DNA from: Mytilus californianus
Taxonomy: Eukaryota
Direction: 5' to 3'
NCBI RefSeq assembly: GCF_021869535.1
Contig: NW_026262745.1
Span: 58,528,001 to 58,592,000, forward strand
Length of the DNA: 64,000 nucleotides
Position numbers and translations under genes: made by a program. Below the pieces are notes generated by a model. The model searched no databases, was not told the origin of the DNA, and saw only the letters and a list, made by a program, of their open reading frames with translations. Positions 1-12,949 of this stretch are shown here, in pieces; position 1 is the first letter of the stretch; each line of letters opens with the position of its first letter.

Positions 1-3
1 ATT

Positions 4-200
4 TGGTAGTCAGTTTTTATTGGTGGAGGTAGCCGGGTGCCCAGAGAGATCACTGACCTTCGGTATGAAAAGTGACATTCCTAGTCAATTAAGATTGGAG
101 TCAAGCTCACCTGCTACGTGAGGGATTCAAACTCACAACCTCAATGTTTACAGGCTAGTGATACAGTAGTTTGACTACTAAGATAACTCAACCTTGTCAG
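4..200 (-). mobile_element. tRNA-derived SINE fragment
   Basis: The minus strand carries a B-box-like GTTTGAATCCC (plus GGGATTCAAAC at about 122-132). The body matches copies at 40668-40860 (+) and 56092-56220 (-), e.g. the GGTCAGTTTTTATTG..GCCGG..GTGCCC..AGAAA core. Confidence 0.6.
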
Positions 201-611
201 AAGGCCCCTATATTATATATATATATGTATATATATACTGTAAATTCAGAAAATTTTGGGATGTTTTTATTATTCCGAAAAATTGGAATGGTTTACCTCA
301 TTTTACATTTTGATAGCTTGACAAGTTGACTTGTATGTATCATATTCTGAAATCACAAAAAATAATCTTACATTTTTGTCAATCCGAATCCGCACAATAA
401 ATGCTCACAAAAATTTCTGAATTAACAAATATTGTAAACCTCACATTTTAAAGTTTGAAAATTTAACTATCTTCAGTGGATAAATATTGTTATCAAAAGG
501 GAGGCATTGGTTCAGCAGTTCTTTATTTCTTACAACATGCATAAAGATTGTATTATCATATGTTATGACTTGCATGCCTAATTAAAAATTTATTTAATTC
601 ATCTTTTTTAG

Positions 612-1007
612 CCAATAGGTGGAGTGAATAAATTAGGTCCAGGAGACCTTGGACCCCAGAAAAAAGAAGCAGCTCCAAAAGAAATAGGTACAAGTCATTA
701 CAAAGAGTGTTAATTTAATGTTGATTTAAGACCCATGATGGTCATGTGTGTGCTATATGTTTCCTGTCCTGAAAACCAATAGAAATTGGAATGTTTGGTG
801 AAAAATTTGAATTAAGGCTAATTGTGCTGTCATAAAAAGAATGCTGATTATGTTCTTGTTTGTCTACTCAAATGAACATAAGATATTTAGAAAATAAAAA
901 CAAACACTATTTCTTTATTACAATGTATTTATGTCCATATTTATCTTCATGTTCTTAGCTGTTGCCTCAACATATTATTAAACAATACACAATCTACAAA
1001 AGATATA

Positions 1008-1041
<34 letters not shown>

Positions 1042-4000
1042 TTGTTTTTGACCCGTCCGTCAGTCCTGTTTCTTGTCATCGCAACTCCTCTCAAACCACA
1101 TAACAGAATTTCACGAAACCTTTTAAGATAATAAGGACATACTACGTAGATGTGCATATCAACAGGAAATTACGATTCAATTCTTTTTCTAGGAGTTACG
1201 CCCCTTTGAACTTATTTACTTTAATGTACTATTGCAACAGTTTGTCATCGCAACTCCTCTCAAACCACACAACAGAATTTCATGAAACCTTTTCAGATAA
1301 TAAGGACATACTACGTAGATGTGCATATCGACAGGAAATTACGATTCAATTTTTTTTCCAGGAGTTACACCCCTTTGAACTTATTTACCCAACATACTAC
1401 TGCAACCTTTTGTCATCGCAACTCCTCTCAAATCACACAACAGAATTTCATGATACTGTGTAGATAATAAGGACATACTATGTAGATGTGCATATTGACA
1501 GGAAATTATGATTCAATTTTTTTTTCTGATACAATTTTTTTTTCTTACACTTATTTTATTTCTCCAATGACAATGTGGGGACGTGGGGTATGTGAGCGCG
1601 CTCACTAAGGTTCTTTAATTTTGTTACAAAACAATTCAAGTATGTAAAATTGTGAAAACGTCCATTTTCAGAATTACAAGTATGAGTACATCAAATAAAA
1701 CATTCAACTTTGATAAAGTATAAGGTGTGTGGGTCAGAATTAACCAGACTGAACTGAATTGTCCAAAGCATTGATAACAAATATATATTTAAACATAGAT
1801 TTACCGTTACAATTCTACCCGCTTATTTTTCGCTCATGAAAAACTCAATTTCTGAGTAGACCTTAGTCACATGATAAATGTCAAAACAAATACACGTGTT
1901 CATTATAACACTTATAAATACGTTACATTGTGAATTGATTTTAAAGAAATGACGCTTGTTCCAGCTTGTCATTATTATAGTTGATTCATTATAAAAGAGG
2001 GGCGAAAGATACCAGAGGGACTTTCAAACTCATAAATCAAAAAATAAACTGACAATGCCATGGCTTAAAAAGAAAAAGACAAACAATAGTACACAAAACA
2101 CAACATAGAAAACATCAGAGTAAGCAACACGAACCCAAACAAAAACGGGGGGTGATCTCAGGTAACAATAGTTATTTAATACTAATTTAAAATGTAAGGC
2201 CATATTATATATTTATAATTAGAGCCTTATAAAACCAACTCCAAACTTTTACTATGATAAATAACATCTGCTATATCATTTAATTTTGGGATGAATGATT
2301 TTAAACAATTTTGAACCTTTAGATATGCAAGCTAGCTATATTATGAAAAATACAAGTTTTTGTTAAGCTGCAACATACTTTTTTGTATATTTTCAGATTA
2401 AAAATCCAATTAAATGTTTTTATTTTCAATATACTAGTACAATTCTTAATAAATATGATTTGCATAATTAGGAATCCTATACTATGATTGGTTGCAAGCA
2501 TTTCTAATTTTAATTTTTTTGTCAGTGTATCCTTTCATAGACTGTGTTCACAGGACAACTTTCGTAACGAAAAAGAATGACTGTTATATTTTTTTCTGTC
2601 TATGAAGAAATAACATCAAAAATGTGGTGCACCCTGAATAACCTGCATAGCAGGTTATTTAAAAGTGTGCATCACATTTTGAGGTAATTTCGAATAGACT
2701 GAAAAAATATTACAGTCATTCCTTATAATTTAATTCTAAATTCCATTTTTAAGGAGTAAATCATGAAAAAAATGTTGATGATGTCACGGTCACATGACAG
2801 AATTATGTCTATGAGCTGATAGACAAAATACTTTCAGCCAATCAGAAGACGTGTTACATCCAAAATTAAATTATTACAGCTTGAATTCACTGCTAATGTA
2901 ATATACTAATGAAATTATATATTTCAGAGAAAACACAGAAGAAGAAAACAAAAGATATTTGGGATGATGATGAAGTAGTGGAGGGATCAGAATATGACAC
3001 ATTATATGACCCACGACCTCAGCCAGAGTAAGGAAATGGAAAATATACAATGGGAGATAACTGTTTCAAAGAGACATTATATAAATCTCCTTATCTTGTT
3101 TAAAAAAACTATTATAAAAATGTGGTAAAACATACAAAAGCTAAATTTTAATACAATTGGTTAGACTTAAAGGTCAGTATTGCCACACACATAAATCATA
3201 TGTTTCTACACTGTCTAATTTAAAGTCGACCACATAACTTAGTTTTTCCATATGAGGCCATAGTAAATCTTTACACAGGATTTCCACACTACTTTGAAAA
3301 CCTGAAAAATGCTTGGTATTTTATTTCAGTCTTTTTAAACCTAGAAATAACATTTAAAGTTGCCAAAATGGTGAAAATCCTTGAGTGATACTTGTAAATG
3401 GTCTATACATTTTTCATATATGTAGCTCCATAAGAGGGAGGGTGGCTGTTCCCCCTGACCCAGGCCCTAAATCTGCCTCTGAATATTGATGAAGGTTTTG
3501 GACAAACCATGAAATTCTTGTTGTAGTAAAGGTTAGAAAACCTGAAAAATTAAACAAAATATAAAATTTCAAAAAAGACCTGAAAATTGAAACTATTTTT
3601 AACACATTTTTTGTTTTTACTTGTACAATAAATCTTAAATCCACTACATGTACTATAAATTCAAAAATGTTAGCGTTGCTATATATTTTCATTGCAAAAA
3701 TTGTAATGGGGTAAGTTTCACAAAATAAAAACTCGCATTTAAAATTTTGATAGCATTATTTGTATGCCCCATTTCCTGAAATCACAATGATTTATTTTGC
3801 ATTTTGGTCTATTGTCCCAACATTGCAATAATAATTCTGAAATTACATTTTAGTAATTTAATTAAGGGAGATAATAATTGTATAGTTTAGTGTTAAACTA
3901 AGGGAGATAAGCATTAAAAATATAAGTAATTTAATTAAAATTAAAAACCAATTGTTCAGAGAACAATTGAAGGTCTTTCCACCAGTAAGGATCTATTTTG

Positions 4001-7000
4001 ATATGAAAATATTAAAATTTTGTTTTAAATGTCAATTTCCGCGTCAAATGACAGCTTATTGTACGCTGATTCCAAAAATATATGGTTTCTATACAAAAAG
4101 ATATAAATAAGGGAGATAATTTTTTACTTCCGGTTTAAAAGATGTTACTTCTAGTATTGTTTGATAGTTTACTTGACACTGATTCCAAAAATATATGGTT
4201 CTATATACTTTTACATTAATTTAGTACAAAAAATAACTACTTCCGGTTTACAAAAGGTCACTTCTGGTTGACTTTTTCAATGTCACATTGCTTGCAACCT
4301 AATGCAAAAAGTCCCTTGGCTTTATCATGTATACATATGAGGTAAAAGCAAAGGTCAAAATCTATAACGTTAAATTAACCTAAAGCTCAATTTCAAGGTC
4401 ATAAACCAAGGATCTCAAATCAAAAGGCTCTAGATCTTTACTTTATATTGTTAATGAGTTATATTACCATACGACTAATATTAGATATAAAAGGGGGGAA
4501 AACTCGCATCAAATGTCTACGTACCCTTTCAACTAAAATTTACGTGTTACAACATGTCGCAACTAACAATTGTGTGAAAATATTTTGTCGATATCTTATA
4601 TGATTTCTAAAAATAAGAGAAAACAAGCCAAAATCAAAATTTTGAACATGACCTTGACCTTTGACCTTGACCTCATTTTCATTTTTTGGGACCAAGGACC
4701 TCATATTATAAGATCCCAGGCCTCTATCACTTATGGTTTTCCAGTTAAAAATGCATTTCACTTATATCAAATACAAAAGGGGAAATAACTCTCATATGGA
4801 GTCTTCGTAAAGCTTCGGTCTAAATAAAACCTAACATCCTGAGGATATAACGAGCAATTTGGAAAAATAAATTTGTCACTTTCTTTTACGGTTGCAGAGG
4901 AGATCTCATAACAAGAAAAACAGTGTTTGGGGAGATAACTCTTACAAAGAAAAGTGTTCGGTTAAACAAGGTCAGTTTCAAAAGCGTATAGACTGTATGA
5001 TATCATATACCAAAAAACTAATCGACATCTTTTGAAACAAAAATACACCGCAAGAAAAAAATTAGGCGGAAGAAAAAAAAAAAATAGAATGTCAATTTAA
5101 ACTTTGACCTTGACCCCAATTTAAAGGTCATGAAACAAGGGCCTCAAATCAAAAGACCCTAGGTCTCACAGGCCTCTACAATAACTTTTTTTCCAACTTG
5201 TCCAGTAGGACAAGTACAACCCAAAACTTACTTGTCCGAATGAAATTGGAACTTGTCCAAAACAAATCTTAATAATAACCTTTTTTGCCTAATAAGTTGA
5301 TCCAAGGAACAAAATGAATTAAAACAACAGAACAGAATTTGATTTATATCTTTTGAAATACTTTTCAAAAATATGAGTCGAGAACAACTGAATCTAGTCA
5401 TGTCACAGGGCTTAGGTTCTAGTTTTCATCAATGACAAAGTCTCATCAGACTCTGCACATGAGGCACCGTCTGATAGGCCTGTCAATGTACACTCATTGG
5501 ATTTGTATCCTGGTTGTTTAAGTTGAAAAAAGATTATTCAAATGCAATCAATAAAAAAAAGAAGATGATGTATGATTGCCAATGAGACAACTCTCTGCAA
5601 GAGACCAAATGACACAGAAATTAACAACTATAGGTCACCGTATTGCAAGTATTGTTTCTTTCTACATATGATCAAATATGATTTTGTGAATTTTATGGTA
5701 AATAATTTCTTCTTTTTTATTTAAAAAATATTTTTGTTAAAAAAATTACCGGTATGGTATTTATTATAAAGCAACAGAATAAGGTAGGAAAACGAGGTAC
5801 TGATTTGTCTTGGTCCCAAATGCCTCCTGCGTTTCCAAACTGTCTATTAATCATGTCTATTAAATATGTCTCCTACGGTGCCAAACTGTCTATTAAACTT
5901 AGGAGCCGAATCGTTTCCGAGCTGGTGAAGAACTGTCTTGTAAAGTTACCTTTTCTACAAAGCGCATCCCTGATTCGGATCAGTAAAACTGGTTTCCGAA
6001 AATAGTATGCCTTTTACCTATTAAAAAGTACCTGACAAAGATCCAGTTTAAAATTATCGGTTTGCAAGTAGACATGTCAAATTAATACTTGTTTTTATCT
6101 TCTTTTCTTGTTTTTTGTTTATAATTACTTTGTTCATCAAAGTTGGATTAAATTTATTTTCTGCAGAATAATTTTACTTGTCCCGTCGGACAAGCTTGAT
6201 CTAGCTTTTACTTGTCCGACCTTTTTTCCCTCTGGTACCGGACAATCGGACAAGCGTTATTGTCGAGGCCTGTCTCAATTATATAAGATGAATGAGTTAT
6301 ATCACCATACATGTAATTTTGAATATAAAAGGGGAGAAAACTCCCATTAAATGTCTCCGTACCCTTTCAACTGAAATTAACGTGTTACGACATGTCACAA
6401 CTAACAATTCTGTAAAAAAATTTGTCGATATCTTATAAGATTTCTGAAAATTAGTGATAACAAGCCAAAATCTAAATTTTTAACATGACCTTGACCTTTG
6501 ACCTTGACCTCATTTTCATTTTTATGGACCAAGGACCTCAAATCAAAAGACCTTAGGCCTCTATCACTTATGGTTTTCCAGTTACAAATACATTTCACAT
6601 ATATCAAATACAAAAGGGGAAATAACTCTCATATGGAGTCTTCGTAAAGCTTCGGTCTAAATAAAACCTAACATCCTGAGGATATAACAAGCAATTTGGA
6701 AAAATAAATTTGTCGCTTTCTTTTACGGTTGCGGAGGAGATCTCATAACAAGAAAAACAGTGTTTGGGGAGATAACTCTTACAAAGAAAAGTGTTCGGTT
6801 AAACAGGGTCAGTTTCAAAAGCGTATAGACTGTATGATATCATATACCAAAAAACTAAGCGACATCTTTTGAAACAAAAATACACCGCAAGATAAAAATT
6901 AGGCGGAAGAAAAAAAAATAATCAGAAGAAAACCAATAGGTCTTTCCACGGAAAGGTGGAAAGACCTAATTAAGAGAAATAATTGTTGTAAATATTAGTA

Positions 7001-9115
7001 ATTTAACTAAGGGAGATAATTATTATTAAGTGCCAGTCTTTGTAAGAATCAGGCAATTTAGAAATATTTCAAAACATTGCAGAAAAAACCCACCGATCTA
7101 ACCAACCTGAAGTTATCCTCATCATAAGTTAGAAATTATAGGTCTTTCGTTTCTGCGTGTCTGGTAATTCAAGAAATTTCTAGATAAATTTTGGTTAGAA
7201 TGATAGCAAATTACGGAGTTATCTCCCCTTAATTGTTTATTTGTAGTGCATTTCAACCAAATTATATCTTGTTTTACCAGATCAGCGAAAGGAAACGAAT
7301 GTTATATTCATGTACCATCATACATTCTGAACTTATAAAATTCATGTAAAGTTGAGTGGGTTTTTGTTTGTCATGTTTTCACCACTGCCTGATTCTTAGG
7401 CAGATTGGCACTTAAGGACATTCAACAGAACATACACAGTGATTCAGGTAAAATGATTATTGTTATATTTTTTCTTTATGAAAAATGTTATTTTACAGGT
7501 ATGACATTATTTACAAACAAGCTGTGACCTCAGAAGACATGTTTCTACAGATGGGAAATAAAAATAATGCCACTGCTAGCTGTGAAGATATGGTGGTAAG
7601 TATAGGAAAAATAAGCTTGAAAATATTTAATTGCTCATTTAAAATGGTCTGGTATTTATACCGTCATATAATAGTGAGAGGAAATCTGGTTTAGGTTTGT
7701 CCATGTATCCATTTGTCCATCGGATAATACTTAGGTCACTCTTTTATCAGGAACTTAAAATAGTAGCTCCAATTTTCTCAGCTTCATTTGATCCTGCTAT
7801 AATGTGTGATTCATTTACACATCCATCAGTTATTAACTATCAGTTACTGAATGCTTGAAGCAGGTACATTATGAGTGAGCCATAGCTTACAGTTCAACTG
7901 GTTAAAATGACAGATATAGCTTACAGTTTAATTTGTTATAATGACAGATATAGTTTGTACAGTTCAACTTGTTAAATGACAGATATAGCTTACAGTTCAA
8001 CTTGTTAAAATGACAGAGAACAAAAAGCAGAAAGGACAGTTACAATTAAAACTTTTCTGATCATGCAACCTTTACAAAAGAGACTCCTTATTTTCTTGAA
8101 AATAATCATGATTCTTTAAAAAGTAATGATAAATATTATAAAATTAATGAGTTATCTCCCATAGACCAAGATTGAATTGACAATGATTGTAGAAGGAATT
8201 GGTGATTTAAAATTTTGTGTTCTTACAAAAACTATGCATTCTTTCTGGATTTGTTATATATTCATTTGATTCTACTTTCAGGTTAAAATAGAATTACCAG
8301 GTATCAAAGGCTCTGATATAGAATTAGACGTCAAATCTAAATTTTTAGATTGTAGAACACCCAAAAGGTAAATTTTGCTATTTTATTTTATTGAATGTCG
8401 CCTAATCTATTTTAATAGAAAAAAATAATATCAAATTGCACACTAGAGATTTTTAGCAATCAACAATCAATCAGTCAAATTGAACATTGTATCATAATTT
8501 GAATTCAGGTGTGAAAAAAATTATGGAAAAATTTAGCAATAGTTAAAACATGCATTTTAAATTTGTATAGCAATAATTTCTCTCACATTTTTGTCCATTA
8601 TTCATGTTGTTTAATGATTGTAATAATAAATGCACTAAAAATTTATGAATCTATATATAGAAGATACATTTTAGCTTTAATCTTGTTGTTAGGTTTCTTT
8701 TTGATGAACCTATAACCCACATCTCATTATATACATAAGAAAACATGTTTGTGGGATTTCATATGTAAATTGTGAAAAGTCGTTTTATCACATTAAAAGG
8801 TCTTGTGGCTCTGTTCTAAACATGTCTTACAATTAAAATTGATTTTAAGTTATACTGGAGTGATCTTGACAATAGAATATTTTAACGCTTTTTTTGGGGG
8901 GGGGGGGGGGGGGGGGGAAAGAGTTGTTGCACCTTAGAATGTAACATTTTAATCTCAAACTATTATCAATGTTGTTTTTTTTCCACAGTAAACTAGGACT
9001 ACATCTACCACATCCTGTTGACCACAAGGCAGGGAAAGCACAGTGGGATGCTGACAAACAAGTATTAACAGTCACATTACGGATGGTCAGAGACTATGAT
9101 GATTTTAATTTCTGA
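612..9115 (+). CDS. DNAAF6: Dynein axonemal assembly factor 6 (PIH1D3/Twister), 5'-partial, five coding exons
   Basis: Exons 612-687, 2928-3027, 7499-7595, 8282-8367, 8989-9115, all AG/GT-bounded and phase-compatible. Spliced product: PIGGVNKLGPGDLGPQKKEAAPKEIEKTQKKKTKDIWDDDEVVEGSEYDTLYDPRPQPEYDIIYKQAVTSEDMFLQMGNKNNATASCEDMVVKIELPGIKGSDIELDVKSKFLDCRTPKSKLGLHLPHPVDHKAGKAQWDADKQVLTVTLRMVRDYDDFNF*. This matches the PIH1D3 pattern IW..EE..EG.EYD...D.R..PEY.I...Q.V..ED.FL followed by a CS/PIH1 domain. The start codon lies upstream of the window. Confidence 0.93.
1009..1616 (+). mobile_element. Helentron/DINE-1-like non-autonomous element (HINE) with internal ~169-bp tandem repeat
   Basis: 5' TTATACCCCACGC..GGGTAT followed by a GTCC microsatellite. 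TGTCATCGCAACTCCTCTC recurs at 1074, 1243 and 1411. The 3' end has the inverted subterminal GTGGGGTAT, a TGAGCGCGCTCA hairpin and a T-rich end. Confidence 0.7.
1993..2165 (+). mobile_element. Abundant interspersed repeat (GGGCGAAAGATACCA family)
   Basis: The same head (AAAGAGGGGCGAAAGATACCAGAGGGAC..AAACTCATAA..AAACTGACAA(T/C)GCCATGGC) recurs at about 29785-29955 (-), 47638-47706 (+), 50893-51140 (+) and 60490-60720 (+). Confidence 0.75.
2573..2875 (+). mobile_element. Interspersed element with ~160-bp internal palindrome
   Basis: A near-identical second copy lies at 29140-29433. The first ~160 bp fold back on themselves (GAATGA..TATTTTTTCTGTCTAT..GGTGCAC..AATAACC / GGTTATT..GTGTGCA..ATAGAC..AAAAAATATT..TCATT). 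Confidence 0.7.
3971..6968 (+). mobile_element. Helentron-like element with two ~700-bp direct repeat units, interrupted by a TIR element
   Basis: AGGTCTTTCCAC at 3971 recurs at the 3' end as a 13-bp-stem hairpin TAGGTCTTTCCAC-GGAAAG-GTGGAAAGACCTA (6937-6968). The block at about 4440-5070 is repeated at high identity at about 6273-6915. Confidence 0.6.
5169..6272. mobile_element. Non-autonomous DNA transposon with TIRs and TSD, nested in the 3971-6968 element
   Basis: TIRs CAGGCCTC(T)ACAATAAC and GTTATTGT(C)GAGGCCTG, flanked by direct repeat TCTCA (5164-5168 and 6273-6277). An alternative reading is ACAGGCC ends with a 3-bp CTC TSD. Subterminal CTTGTCC/GGACAAG motifs are present. Confidence 0.75.
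7882..8017 (+). repeat. Minisatellite, ~34-bp unit x4
   Basis: ATAGCTTACAGTTCAACT(G/T)GTTAAAATGACAGAT is repeated four times within a DNAAF6 intron. Confidence 0.9.
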
Positions 9116-10377
9116 TCTTGTTTCATTTTTAAATGTTAAAACTTGTTATTTATAAATCAGGGTTTGATCTCAAACTTTGATATTTTTCAAACCATGTTTA
9201 ACTTAATTATTTTAAATATACAAGACCATAAAAAATATTACATTGTGTGTTTTTTACTGGAAGTTTTGTTGTGTATTTTCTTTAAATGGGCAATCCTACA
9301 TCTTGACTAAAATATATTGGGCTGGTTTAATTTTCATAAAACTTTGAGAAAATATTTACTTTGACCTGTTGACAAAAATAGAAAAAATTCAAGAAATTTG
9401 AACCACAAAATTTACAGGAATAATTTCATTGGTTAGATAGCAGTTTGACAAACACTAATTTTGATCAAACTGTCTCTGAGACATCATATCTTCATCCTGG
9501 GTATGCAAGAAATATTTGTGACTACATTAAAGAGGGGAGGGTATCAAACATATTGAGTCAATAATATTCCCATTGCTTAATTTTTTCTGATTTTATTTTA
9601 GGAGAAACAGACAACTCTGATGAATAAAATTTTTATTTTGAGTAGCAATAATTTCAGATTTAATTTTTTTGCAAACAGTGTTTGCCAATTATGCATCGTA
9701 TACATAATATCAGATCATTGAACATTTACATTGTTTTTGTTAAAATGTTTTCTCATTTAATTTGAAATATTCATTTTGTAATTTAAATGTGCACATATTA
9801 CAGAAAACATTCCATGAACAAAATCAATTACATTCCGTCCAACCTATGTGAAATGTATTTTATATATATTTATTTGAATTTTACATTTATTTATGTTTAA
9901 AAAATAAATTGATTAATTTTCATTGTATTGTTTGTATTTTCATGCCACTGTGTAGTCTCAACACCTGAACTGTCTGGTAAGTTTCCATGGTAGCAAGATT
10001 GCTTTTAGTGCAAGAGGTCACATGTTCGATCAGGTCACACAAAACACAGTAAAAATGGTATTTGCAGCTTCTTTGCTAAGCATGTTGAATTTAAAAGTAA
10101 AATTCATGATGTAAGAATAATTATATGTTTTGTTTTACATTTTGTAATGTCTGATCTTTTATATTCAGAGAGCCAACATTATGAGAGGATGTGGGTCACT
10201 AAGATTATGAATATTATCAAAAACTAAGGGAAAATAAAATAATATATATATCCTGTAATCAAATCTTTGAAAACCACGAGGCATTTGATGGTTGTTAATA
10301 TATAAAAGGAGATTCCTAGTCTGGTCTTAAATAATCAAATTCGGGCTATACAAATGCTGTGACCTGTACATTCAGAG

Positions 10378-11240
10378 TTTTTGTCGAGCCTGCGACTTTT
10401 GTCGCAAAAGCGAGACATAGCGATCCTACATTCCGTCGGCGTCCACAAATATTCACTCTGTGGTTAAAGTTTTTGAAATTTTAATAACTTTCTTAAAACT
10501 AACCTGCATTTCAACCAAACTTGGACAGAAGCTTGTTTATGATCATAAGATAGTATCCAGAAGTAAATTTTGTAAAAAAAAAATCCTGTTTATCCGTATT
10601 TTACTCATAAATGGACTTAGTTTTTCTGCCAGTTAACATTACATTCACTCTGTGGTTAAAGTTTTTCAAATGTTGATAACTTTCTGAAACTATCCTAGAT
10701 TTGTACCAAACTTAGACAGAAGCTTGTTTATAATCATAAGATAGTATCCAGAAGAAAATTTTGTAAAAAAAAAAATCCTGTTTATCCGTATTTTACTCAT
10801 ATATGGACTTAGTTTTTCTGCCAGTTAACATAACATTCACTCTGTGGTTAAAGTTTTTCAAATTTTAATAACTTTCTTAAACTATCCTGGATTTGTACCA
10901 CACTTGGACAGAAACTTGTTTATGATCAAAAGCTAGTATCTAGAAGGAAATTTTGTAAAAATTTATTTCCTGTTTTTCCGTATATAACTGTATGTTACTT
11001 ATTAATGGACTTAGTTTTATTCCAGTTAACATTACGTACAGTCTGCAGTTAAAGTTTTTAAAACATTTATTAGATTCATAAACCGTCTTGGATTTTTATC
11101 AAACTTGAACAGAACTTCTTACAATCAAAAGATAGTATCTAGAGGGAAATTTTTAATAATTTTTTCCCCATTTTTGTTGAGCCTGTGACTAACAGCAAAA
11201 GTAGGCGAGACATTGGGTTCCGCGGAACCCTTACGAAATT
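10378..11240 (+). mobile_element. Helentron/HINE-like element with 192-bp internal tandem repeat
   Basis: TTCACTCTGTGGTTAAAGTTTTT occurs at 10452, 10644 and 10836, with a diverged fourth unit near 11040. Both ends carry TTTTTGT(C/T)GAGCCTG(C/T)GAC..AAAAG..GCGAGACA. There is a 3' hairpin GGGTTCCGCGGAACCC at 11215-11230. Confidence 0.7.
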
Positions 11241-11640
11241 TATTACTTAGTTTACTACTTTGGTATTGTCTTGGAATAATATAATGACCCACATGTTTTG
11301 GTGAGGTTTTATCCTGCAATCAGCCAATTATTGTACAAGTAACAGGTATACAAAAATTTTGTTCATTTTATTTGTAGTTGTATAACTACAGTCCCCTTTT
11401 ATCCGGCTCAGCCATAAGTCGAGCCAAATGTATTGTTAAAGGCAGTGGCTATTTTGTAGGCTCTGACAAAAAGGTGATTTATATACTATGAGTTTTGCTA
11501 TTTTGCAATTCTAATTCAGATTTTCAGTATATTAATTAAGAGTATAAAGAAATATAGAAACATACACTTATAAAAATAGTAGTCTCTTAAAAAATGTCTC
11601 CGAACACAACTGTGTCAAGCAAAGCATGAGTTATTGTTAA

Positions 11641-12378
11641 GGCAGTGGCTATTTGCTGGTGCCGGCAAAATAGAAAATATGCTATTTTGCCGGCTCTGAT
11701 TTAAATGTCTTAATAAAGCCAGCAAAATAGCATATTTCTATAGCAATGGCTTTTTTACTGGCACTTGCAATATATTTTATTTGTTATTTTGACGGTTCTT
11801 TGTAAAGAAGAGAGAATTTTGATATTTACTTTTGAAAAGAACTAAGAAAATGTGCATTGTCAATATAAAGAATCAAATTATTACTCATATAGTTAAATAA
11901 GTAACAATATTCGAGATACATATAATCGTTTAAAATGTTTATCAGTCAAAGTGAAATACAGAATTTGTAAAAATAAATAAAAATAAAAATATTGAGCATC
12001 CATTAATTTGTAGCAATGAAATCATATTAAAACAAGCAGTTGAACTTACTTCTAACATCAGTCACAATCTAATGCTACATGTGCATAAGAATAAAATCCT
12101 AGATTTTTAACTGTTTGTTGTAAAAAAATAAAAGTTAAAATTTCTTTGGCATATATATTTGATAAAACATTATATAATATAACAAAATAAATCACATAGC
12201 TTCAAAAAATTTTTTTTTAAATAAATTTGCTTTTGAAATAATAGTCAGTTCTTTGAATTGCATATATGTCAAAATGCAAATCGTTTTTTACTGGCAATAT
12301 TGGCTTCCGCTTATCTACGGATATATAGAAACATACACTTTATAAAATAAGTAGTCTTATAGGCAAATAGCCACTGCC
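11641..12378. mobile_element. Mutator-like MITE
   Basis: Perfect 16-bp TIRs GGCAGTGGCTATTTGC / GCAAATAGCCACTGCC and a 9-bp TSD TATTGTTAA (11632-11640 and 12379-12387). Confidence 0.8.
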
Positions 12379-12949
12379 TATTGTTAAATTATTGTTTTTG
12401 GTGTTCTCTTCGCGGTTAGACACACCCGAAAGACGTGATTATTTATCCCAATATACCCCAACATTACAACAGTATAATTATTGAGAATCGCAAAGCGCCA
12501 AGGTTAAATCGTAGGATAAAAACGACTCATATATTTACATTGTCAGAAAATATCTAGTTTATTTGTACAAACGAACAAGAAGAATTATCTAAGCGAGCCC
12601 CGTTTTTCCGGCTTCTTGTACAAATAAATAATACGTTTTCTCACAATGTTATATATTTGATACATACATGTATATTCTATATTTACTGAACTTGAAATGT
12701 ATAATCAAACATCATGTGCAGACATACCCGACTGTAATATTACAATTTTCATTAATGTCCGAAATTTGCTGACCAGTAGGTTAAATACACGTCTCATGCC
12801 TAAAGGTGTATGCACAATTTTTAAGAACATGTTTGTTACAAGTTTTTATTTATGTAATTCGTTATGCAAATTTCTGCAACCAGGAAAATCTATTTAATGA
12901 TCAACGACTGCAAGAAAAAATTACTTTGGTTTTGAAGTCGTTGTCCATC

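Noticed and set aside
1152-1467. ORFs of 103 and 61 aa
   Set aside because: They arise from the 169-bp tandem repeat inside a HINE element, and the translation is repetitive.
7281-7447. Cryptic/poison exon in a DNAAF6 intron (TTTTACCAG|..TCAG|GTAAAA)
   Set aside because: It has an in-frame stop and would leave only a 51-nt downstream intron. There is no supporting evidence.
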